Positions 1 to 7,090 of a stretch of 19,263 nt of DNA are shown one piece after another (the first letter of the stretch is position 1; each line of letters opens with the position of its first letter). Source of the stretch: Campylobacterales bacterium (GTDB lineage: Bacteria > Campylobacterota > Campylobacteria > Campylobacterales > Sulfurimonadaceae); NCBI GenBank assembly GCA_038205935.1, contig JBBRBK010000036.1, positions 1-19,263 on the forward strand. Reading direction: 5' to 3'. Position numbers and translations under genes: made by a program. Below the pieces are notes generated by a model. That model was not told the DNA's origin, searched no databases, and saw only the letters and a list, made by a program, of their open reading frames with translations.

Positions 1-8
1 TTTTGCGA

Positions 9-311
9 TTAATCCGCGTCTAGATGAATATATTTAAAAATTGTCTTATGAGTCTTAAAAAGTTCGTACTCAGAGGCTATAGGTTCTTTTACTTTGACAA
101 TTATATCTACCATGTCATAAAGCGTGGCACTATCTTCTAAAAGAACTGCACCCGCTGTTTTGTACGCATCATCACTAAAACCGCTTCCGATTCCCGCTCT
201 GTTTTGTACATAGACACTATGGCCGTCTTTGATGAGTTCTGCTACACCTGCAGGCGTGATTGCAACACGATATTCATCTATTTTTATCTCTAGTGGTACA
301 CCGATAATCAT
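9..311 (-). pseudogene. ald: Alanine dehydrogenase N-terminal fragment, prematurely terminated
   Basis: MIIGVPLEIKIDEYRVAITPAGV...GSGFSD..Y...GA...IVKVKEP matches the AlaDH N-terminus. TAA at 9-11 follows residue 100, whereas the family is about 370 aa. The conserved FTYLHLAA motif reads FKYIHLDAD. SD-like AAGGA upstream. The window edge prevents seeing whether a 3' part follows. Confidence 0.75.
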
Positions 312-336
312 TTTATATCCTTACATGTAAAGAAGT

Positions 337-468
337 TTAATAACTTCCCTCTCCAACTGCGATGACAAAGTTGTCATCAACTTCTATAACATCAAAAGCC
401 TTTATTTGAGCTCTTCACTTACGTTTCGCACAGCCGCATAACTTTTCTACTACAATATGGTATTCCAT
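337..468 (-). pseudogene. Remnant of a small CGC-motif hypothetical protein
   Basis: Not in the ORF track. SD AAGGA, then MEYHIVVEKLCGCAKRK*RAQIKAFDVIEVDDNFVIAVGEGSY*, with an in-frame TGA at 415-417. It resembles from memory small Campylobacterota proteins (I.VEK.CGC.K...F.V.E....F.I.V) but is shorter, suggesting an internal deletion. Confidence 0.55.
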
Positions 469-697
469 TATGATTCCTTTTTTATTACATAACTGCATTA
501 ATTGTTCTTATTCAGGGTTTAAAGCTCACAAGCCTCAACAAATCCGCCCTCTTCTACTGAAATATATGCTAGTACAAACTAAAACACCCGACATTATTGA
601 TATGAAAAGAGAGTATCCTGTAGTTGAGCGATTCTTTTGAAGATAGAATTATTATGTAATAGGACAATTGCTAGACACTTTTTTAATAGGATTTCAA

Positions 698-1438
698 ATG
701 CAAAAAATTAAACTCGGGCCGGATTTATACTGGGATCTAGAAAGAAAAATCGTTACTAGTCATACAATGACTATTCATTTATCTCAGTCACTGAAGGCAT
801 GCATAGAATATCTTATACAACGCAGAGGTTATCCAGTCCAAAGTGAGGATATTTTTAACTATGTTTGGAGTGATTATGAAAAAGAATTTTCTTCTAAAAG
901 TGTTCGTACTCTCATCAGCGGGCTACGTAAAAAAATGCCCTCTCTTAAAATAAATAACTACTATGGTGGACTTTATGCATTGGAAAAATATCGTGAATTA
1001 ATCCCTGATATACAAGAGTATTTTTTTGATATTTTAGATCAAGCAAAAAACGGAATTACGATTACAGATCCAAATCAAGAAGACAATCCTGTCATATATA
1101 CGAACGAAACATTTATGAACACTTTTGGCTACAGTGCGGAAGAAGTTTTAGGACGAAATCCCCGTTATTTACAAAATGAAGATACGCAGCAAGAGTCTCT
1201 AGTTGATATACGAAAAGCTATTGAAAACAGAGTTTCTATTACCGCTGTGGTGAGAAACTACCATAAAAATGGCACTCTTATATATAATGAAGTGACAATC
1301 TCTCCTATTTTTGATAAAAAAAACCTTGAGCTAAAATATTTTCTTGGCATACAAAGAGATATAACATCCTTATATACACTTATGAAAAAGGTCGAATTAA
1401 CAGATGCAGATACAACAGATATCAGAACAAAAAAATAG
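698..1438 (+). CDS. OmpR-type winged-helix DNA-binding domain fused to a C-terminal LOV-like PAS domain (Cys-less)
   Basis: N-terminus ...IFNYVW.......SVRTLISGLRKK......NYYGGLY is trans_reg_C-like. C-terminus GITITDPNQEDNPVIYTNETF...GYSAEEVLGRNPRYLQ...NYHKNG...NEVTISP...YFLGIQRDIT is the LOV signature with C->P. ATG 698 follows AGGA; the ORF track's alternative start is TTG 668. Confidence 0.85.
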   Translation: MQKIKLGPDLYWDLERKIVTSHTMTIHLSQSLKACIEYLIQRRGYPVQSEDIFNYVWSDYEKEFSSKSVRTLISGLRKKMPSLKINNYYGGLYALEKYRELIPDIQEYFFDILDQAKNGITITDPNQEDNPVIYTNETFMNTFGYSAEEVLGRNPRYLQNEDTQQESLVDIRKAIENRVSITAVVRNYHKNGTLIYNEVTISPIFDKKNLELKYFLGIQRDITSLYTLMKKVELTDADTTDIRTKK

Positions 1439-2363
1439 TAACTTAGACTCAATTCTTAGATCTCTGAGTATTCCTGTTTTATTTTTAGATTTAGATTGTA
1501 AAGTACAAGCTCTCAACAATGCAGCTGAAAATCTTTATAAAACACAAGAGACTCTTGAAAATACAAAGTGTTATAACCTTCAATATTGCATTGATGAACC
1601 TTGTCAACATACACAAATGAAAAGTTGCCCGATAAAATATATCAAAAAGAATCTACTACCAGTAATAATACGTCATGAACACTATGATAAGACAAATAAA
1701 AAACTTCATTTTGAAATTATTATGAATCCTTTTTTTAACGATGAAGGAGCTTTTATAGGCGTAGTAGAAACTTGGCATGAGATTACTCAATACGTAAATA
1801 AACAGCAAGAACTTCTAGAAGTCAATGAAACACAATATCATAGCTCTATGCATGATCCCCTAACTAAACTTCCAAACCGAAGACTTTTACTCGATAGAAT
1901 TCAGCAAGCTATCCACCAAAAAAGTCGCACTAAAAAAACTTTTGGACTTTTTTTCTTAGATTTAGACTTCTTTAAAGAAGTGAATGACACACTCGGACAC
2001 CAAGCCGGAGATCTTTTACTTATAGAAGTAGCCCAACGTATGCAACAAGTTTTACGAAAAGGCGATACAGTAGCAAGACTTGGCGGAGATGAGTTTGTAC
2101 TCATTCTTGAAGATTGGACAGCATCATGCCATTATGAAAAAATTGCTAAAAAGATCATCGCTCAATTTATGAAACCTTTTCATATAAATATGCAAAACGT
2201 TTCCATAGGATGCAGCATAGGAATAAGTCTTTTTCCTCAAGATGGAGATACCCATGAATTGCTCTTATCGCACGCGGATTCTGCCATGTATAAAGCAAAA
2301 AAACTTGGTCGTAAACAGTATGCTTTTTATAGCAATACCGAAACTTCAAATAGTACGAACTAA
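1404..2363 (+). CDS. PAS-GGDEF diguanylate cyclase
   Basis: HDPLTKLPNR, FLDLDFFKEVNDTLGHQAGD, intact ARLGGDEF, RxxD I-site (RKGD), SIGIS.FP.DG, AD.AMY.AK..GR. N-terminal PAS-like region carries four Cys. Confidence 0.93.
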   Translation: MQIQQISEQKNSNLDSILRSLSIPVLFLDLDCKVQALNNAAENLYKTQETLENTKCYNLQYCIDEPCQHTQMKSCPIKYIKKNLLPVIIRHEHYDKTNKKLHFEIIMNPFFNDEGAFIGVVETWHEITQYVNKQQELLEVNETQYHSSMHDPLTKLPNRRLLLDRIQQAIHQKSRTKKTFGLFFLDLDFFKEVNDTLGHQAGDLLLIEVAQRMQQVLRKGDTVARLGGDEFVLILEDWTASCHYEKIAKKIIAQFMKPFHINMQNVSIGCSIGISLFPQDGDTHELLLSHADSAMYKAKKLGRKQYAFYSNTETSNSTN

Positions 2364-2380
2364 GAGCCCAAGGAAATAAA

Positions 2381-2971
2381 ATGTCAAACGATATACTACG
2401 AAATCGACTCAAAGTGCTGACTAAACCCTTTCACGATTCTTTAGAAGCTACCCCTTTGGCTATTTCACTAGCTTCTGGAAACATTACAAAAGACAAATAT
2501 ATATCATTTTTAAAAGATCTTTATTATCTTCATAAAGAAGTTGAGTCCAAGATGTGCCTTATGCCTGAGTGGTCTAGCTATAAACTTGACCCGCATCAAC
2601 ATACACGAGCAGATCTACTTTTAGCTGATTTGGCGGCTTTTGGCGTACATGTAGAAGATATTACTTCCAACATAACGCTAATTGACGAGTACTCTTTTGC
2701 AAAAATTATCGGTATGCTTTATGTCTTAGAGGGCTCGACTATGGGTGGAAGAGTTTTATCACAGAGACTCTTACATGTAAGGGGAAATGACGATCTTCCA
2801 GTCACTCGCTATTATAATGCATATGCAGATGAAACTATGCAACGCTGGGGCGAGTACTGTAGCTTTTTGTCAGAGTATGAAATAAAGCATCCTGAAGATT
2901 CCTCTGAGATTATTTTAGGCGCATGTAGTATGTTTTTACAAATGGAAGAGATACTCCTTGCAAACAATTAA
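2381..2971 (+). CDS. bphO: Biliverdin-producing heme oxygenase (BphO type)
   Basis: LKVLTKPFHDSLE contains the proximal His. GMLYVLEGSTMGG is the distal helix motif. Lies directly upstream of, and overlaps, a phytochrome gene. SD AAGGA. Confidence 0.9.
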   Translation: MSNDILRNRLKVLTKPFHDSLEATPLAISLASGNITKDKYISFLKDLYYLHKEVESKMCLMPEWSSYKLDPHQHTRADLLLADLAAFGVHVEDITSNITLIDEYSFAKIIGMLYVLEGSTMGGRVLSQRLLHVRGNDDLPVTRYYNAYADETMQRWGEYCSFLSEYEIKHPEDSSEIILGACSMFLQMEEILLANN

Positions 2972-5498
2972 CTTAGATGAATGTGAGAAAGAACCTATAC
3001 ATATTCCCGGCTTTATCCAGCCCTATGGAATTGCCATCTCTTACAATAAAGAGTCAAATCTTATAACAGGCGTAAGTGTTAACTTGATAAATGCTGCTTC
3101 ATACATTGGGACTTTACTTACACAATATCTCAATGCGGAATTATTGCAAAAACTGAGTCATTTAAAAGAGGGTACAAAACAACAAATTTTTTATAATCTA
3201 CAACCCTTTCATATCACTTCATCTTTATATAAAAAAGAGTTTTACAATCTTATTTGGAGCGACTCGCTCAACGAAGCTATTCTTGAAATTCTTCCACTTC
3301 AAAAAGATATTTTTGAAGAGCATAATGATTTTCTTCTAGCAGAAAGTTTTCAGCGCTTACTTTCTTGTCTTACTATTGAAGATATTTGTCAACAAGGAAC
3401 TTTAGAGATACAAAAAAGTACCGGATTTGATAGAGTTATGATCTATCAATTTGATAATGCATGCAATGGTTGCGTCATTGCTGAAACGAAGCAACAGGAG
3501 ATGAATCCATATCTCAATTTAAACTTCCCTGCTTCTGATATTCCAACCCAAGCTCGTGAACTTTACAAAAAACAAACAGTTAGAATCATTAGCGACATTC
3601 ACTATAAAGCAGTTGATTTTATTCGAGATGCTGGACTCAAGCCTTTAGATATGACTTACAGTCACTTGCGAAGTGTCTCACCTATTCATATAGAATATCT
3701 TAAAAATATGAGTGTTGGAGCAACTCTGACTATCTCCATAATTATAGATAATGAGCTTTGGGGTCTCATCGCTTGTCACCATCCATATCAACATGAACTA
3801 TCACTCAAACAGCTTGAATTTACGAGAGCTTTTGGAATTCTATTTTCAGGACTTATCAAAGCTAAAATAGATGGTTTATACCAAAAACGTAATATACACC
3901 TATCATCTACACTTGAAACTATTATAAATGGTGTACGAACAGAAGATATGGAGCGTAAAAAAATCTTTGAGGTACTTTCACAAGAAGCATTACTTTTTCG
4001 CACTGTTTATCAAAGCAATAACTTTTTCTTGGTAGTTGAAAAAGAGATCTATTCTACAAAAGAGGATTGTCAAAAGGAAAATATTTTTAAATTGATCGCC
4101 ATAACAGCGCCAAAGATGCAAAACAATCTTTTTTCTACGTCAACTCTTAAATATGAATTTCCTAATTTGGAAGAAAAAATGCTCACTGAATGCTCTGGAG
4201 TTTTGATTGTTAAAATCGAAGGGGAATGTGAAAGTTATTGGATATGGACAAGAAAAGAAAAACCTCAAACTCTCACTTGGGGTGGTGATCCAGAAAATAA
4301 AGTGATTATCAAAGCCGATGGAAAAATATCTCCACGCGCATCATTTGCAGCCTTTAAAGAGATAGTTAAATACCAATCAGATCCTTGGCTCAAAGCAGAT
4401 ATAGACTTTGTACCACACTTTATATTGAGTATAAAAAATCTCTATAAAACATTTAATTCTCAAAGTCAAGTCACACTGACACAAAAAAAGATTCGTGCGA
4501 TGGAGGATGAAAAAACACTCCATTACAGTGAACTTATAAAAAGCCTCGTAGATCTCATAGAAAAACGCGACGCATACACGGCAGGACATACAGGACGAGT
4601 TGCACACTATTGTTCTCTCATCGCTGATGAAATGGGCTTAGACAAAACGACCAAAGAACAACTTTATGAAGCTGCAATACTACACGATATAGGAAAAATT
4701 ATAGTTCCTGACGCTATTTTGCTTAAACCTGGACGCCTCAATACGTATGAATACGATTTAATCAAAACGCATCTTGATGCAGGGTATGAAATACTCAAAG
4801 GAATCTCCTACTATGCTCCACTTGCTGAGATCATTCGCTATCATCATGAGAAATATAATGGTTCTGGATATTCGCAAGGACTCAAAGGCGATGAAATCCC
4901 ACTTGTTGCACATATTATGATAGTTGCTGATTCAATAGATGCAATGACAAGTAATCGTATCTATCAATCAAGAAAGACAATGCAAGAAGCCATAGATGAG
5001 ATAATTCTCTATCGTGGTATTTGGTATCATCCTGATGTTGTTGACGCTGCAGCTAAGTCATTAAAAACCTTGACAATTGATGTACATATTTCTCAAATTC
5101 CAAGTACCAATATAGAAAAAGCACGCTTCTCATACTACTTTCAAGATCAACTTACAGGTCTACACAATGAGTCTTATCTTAAAATGATCACTGATAATCT
5201 CATAAAAGACCTGTTTTATCCACACTTTTTACTTGTAGAAATACGAGATATGTCGCTCTATAATAAAGCACATGGATGGCATGCTGGAAATAAGTATATT
5301 CAAGAAATTGGGAAAAATCTTCAAGATCTTTTTCCAAATGAACACATTTTTAGAGTCTTTGGGGATGATTTTGTAATAGGATGTAAAAGTGTAGAGACGG
5401 CACAAGAGCTTATGCAAATTTTTCAAAAAGAAGAGTTAAATGAAATAGCTATAAAACAACTGACTATTCATGAAATTATTAAAATGCTATTAGAATAA
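2958..5498 (+). CDS. bphP: Bacteriophytochrome (PAS-GAF-PHY) with HD-GYP phosphodiesterase output and C-terminal degenerate GGDEF
   Basis: LDECEKEPIHIPGFIQPYG (biliverdin-binding Cys9), GFDRVMIYQF, FPASDIP, LRSVSPIHIEYLKNM, LWGLIACHH, and PHY tongue WGGDP...SPRASF. Then DAYTAGHT.RVA, LHDIGK, HHEKYNGSGYS, ADSIDAMTSNR. Then DQLTGLHN...HGW.AGN...FRVFGDDF. TTG start overlaps bphO by 14 nt. Confidence 0.93.
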   Translation: MQTINLDECEKEPIHIPGFIQPYGIAISYNKESNLITGVSVNLINAASYIGTLLTQYLNAELLQKLSHLKEGTKQQIFYNLQPFHITSSLYKKEFYNLIWSDSLNEAILEILPLQKDIFEEHNDFLLAESFQRLLSCLTIEDICQQGTLEIQKSTGFDRVMIYQFDNACNGCVIAETKQQEMNPYLNLNFPASDIPTQARELYKKQTVRIISDIHYKAVDFIRDAGLKPLDMTYSHLRSVSPIHIEYLKNMSVGATLTISIIIDNELWGLIACHHPYQHELSLKQLEFTRAFGILFSGLIKAKIDGLYQKRNIHLSSTLETIINGVRTEDMERKKIFEVLSQEALLFRTVYQSNNFFLVVEKEIYSTKEDCQKENIFKLIAITAPKMQNNLFSTSTLKYEFPNLEEKMLTECSGVLIVKIEGECESYWIWTRKEKPQTLTWGGDPENKVIIKADGKISPRASFAAFKEIVKYQSDPWLKADIDFVPHFILSIKNLYKTFNSQSQVTLTQKKIRAMEDEKTLHYSELIKSLVDLIEKRDAYTAGHTGRVAHYCSLIADEMGLDKTTKEQLYEAAILHDIGKIIVPDAILLKPGRLNTYEYDLIKTHLDAGYEILKGISYYAPLAEIIRYHHEKYNGSGYSQGLKGDEIPLVAHIMIVADSIDAMTSNRIYQSRKTMQEAIDEIILYRGIWYHPDVVDAAAKSLKTLTIDVHISQIPSTNIEKARFSYYFQDQLTGLHNESYLKMITDNLIKDLFYPHFLLVEIRDMSLYNKAHGWHAGNKYIQEIGKNLQDLFPNEHIFRVFGDDFVIGCKSVETAQELMQIFQKEELNEIAIKQLTIHEIIKMLLE

Positions 5499-5710
5499 AA
5501 TAAGTTGGCATATTCCATCACGCTACTTTGAGTATTTCACTTATTTGTTCTACATGTAAGCTTACACCACAAGGGCACTTCCTTTGGGGCGCATGTAAAG
5601 TTTTATAATCCGATGTTTTTGAAGAGTCTAAAAGAGTTTGTACTTTTATAATTCATTAGTATACTGTTCCCGGATTCTTAATTTTTTGTCAAGATTTCTG
5701 TTCTTTAGAC

Positions 5711-5716
5711 TATAAT
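5711..5716 (+). promoter_or_regulatory. Putative sigma70 -10 box for the FTR-like gene
   Basis: Perfect TATAAT about 40 nt upstream of ATG 5755, preceded by T-rich tracts typical of Campylobacterota promoters. Confidence 0.45.
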
Positions 5717-5754
5717 CACGCCAATATATGCCTAGCTTAGGCAGAAACAGGAAA

Positions 5755-6384
5755 ATGACAATGCTTAAAATGATGATAGGTTTTTTTAAAGATCTTTGGA
5801 AATACCGACACCAAGTAAAAAAACAAGATAGATGGATGAAAAAATACATAGTACAAAAGAACTATGCGCTTAATCCTAGCTGGATGATGAGCACAAATCT
5901 TCAAATCTGGGTTAGTGAGATGGAAGCTACCTTTGGTCAACGCTTTTGTCCTTGTTTTGAGCCATCAAGTGACGCAACTCTGAACAAAAAGATGATGTGT
6001 CCTTGTGAATATATCGAAGATGAGATCAAAGAATACGGTACTTGTCATTGTGCACTTTTTGGGAGTGCTGATCTGGACAAAGCCGGTTGGAAAAGTTCAT
6101 CAAAAAGACTGATGCAAGAGTATCAAGTTCCTTTAAATCTTGTTGATGGAGTCCTAGACACCAGAGGCAAGCCCTTAGATCCTCGTAGAAATCTTCCCGT
6201 TCCAGATGCGATGCATCAGCTAAAATCAACGCTCAACAGTTACGGCGGAGATTCTTTAAAAATGATTGTTGCAACAAAGCAGGAAGTTTTAAACTTGGAA
6301 AAAATAGCCTCTTTTCGTAACTACAAATTTACACATGCACAACATGAAGATCATTACGAGGCAACGTTAGAATTTAAAAACTAA
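5755..6384 (+). CDS. Ferredoxin:thioredoxin reductase catalytic-subunit-like protein with TusA/SirA-like C-terminal domain
   Basis: FCPC...MCPC...CHCALF is the FTR-c motif triad. C-terminus VLDTRG...PVPDAM..LK..L...L.MIV...V.NL...A resembles the TusA fold. ATG 5755 follows AGGA; alternative starts are 5728 and 5761. Confidence 0.8.
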   Translation: MTMLKMMIGFFKDLWKYRHQVKKQDRWMKKYIVQKNYALNPSWMMSTNLQIWVSEMEATFGQRFCPCFEPSSDATLNKKMMCPCEYIEDEIKEYGTCHCALFGSADLDKAGWKSSSKRLMQEYQVPLNLVDGVLDTRGKPLDPRRNLPVPDAMHQLKSTLNSYGGDSLKMIVATKQEVLNLEKIASFRNYKFTHAQHEDHYEATLEFKN

Positions 6385-6386
6385 AC

Positions 6387-6407
6387 AACGTCTATTTTTT
6401 AGACGTT
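6387..6407. terminator. Hairpin directly after the FTR-like gene
   Basis: AACGTCTA-ttttt-TAGACGTT is a perfect 8-bp stem starting 3 nt after the stop codon. There is no strong U tail. Confidence 0.4.
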
Positions 6408-6599
6408 ACAAGTGTTGCCTTCTGCTTTCTCTAAGTTAATTTCAAAATTTAATTATATATAATATTTTTTATATTCCATTAATGTATTTAATGTAAAATT
6501 TACTTTGTAATTATTAAAAATGTTAAACTAAAAATGGTTTAAAAATATTTTTTGTCCATTATTTTGAAATCTATATGTTATGAAGCAAAAGGAATAGCC

Positions 6600-7064
6600 A
6601 TGTTATCAAAGCTTATTGTTATTGCTAATTTAAATCATTTTAAATTTTTGATATGTAAGATTGATGCAACTGGCAAAGAGTTTCTCACATTAGAAAAAAG
6701 TAGTGACAGCATATTGGGATATCAAAAAATGAAGGCAAAGATTTTTGACCACAATAATAACTTTCAAAGTGACTATGAAAACAATTTTAGTGTAGATTTG
6801 CATATTAGTGAGAAAGAAAGATGTTGTCGCATACAAGAGATAGCGGATGAAATTGAAAACGCCTTAGAGCCACATAAGTATAAAGCTTGGTATTTTATAG
6901 CGCCAAAAGTTATCAACGAACAAGTTGTTTTGATACTCAGGTCTGCCATGACAGAGTGCATGGTTGTAAACCTTTATGCAGATCTCACAAAAATGCTCGA
7001 ACATGAGTTGTTAGAACATTGTAAAGTTCTTTTGGCTCAAAAACATAAAGCTATTGCTCTTTAA
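6600..7064 (+). CDS. Host-attachment (AtsE)/bacterial eRF1-like family protein
   Basis: LIVIAN at the N-terminus and W.FIAPK.IN..V...L.......V.NL.ADLTK....ELL.H at the C-terminus fit this family. ATG 6600 follows AAGGA. Confidence 0.6.
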   Translation: MLSKLIVIANLNHFKFLICKIDATGKEFLTLEKSSDSILGYQKMKAKIFDHNNNFQSDYENNFSVDLHISEKERCCRIQEIADEIENALEPHKYKAWYFIAPKVINEQVVLILRSAMTECMVVNLYADLTKMLEHELLEHCKVLLAQKHKAIAL

Positions 7065-7090
7065 AAAAAGATATTTTTAGACCCAGAATT

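Noticed and set aside
415..417. In-frame TGA as possible selenocysteine
   Set aside because: It is not in a Cys-like position (CGC is already intact), I see no convincing SECIS hairpin, and the neighbouring gene is also decayed.
2958..4500. Bathy phytochrome or phycobilin-binding (Cph1-type) assignment
   Set aside because: It lacks the PaBphP-type Gln before the DIP motif and has no GAF Cys (SPIH rather than CH). The N-terminal Cys plus bphO indicate a biliverdin-type BphP.
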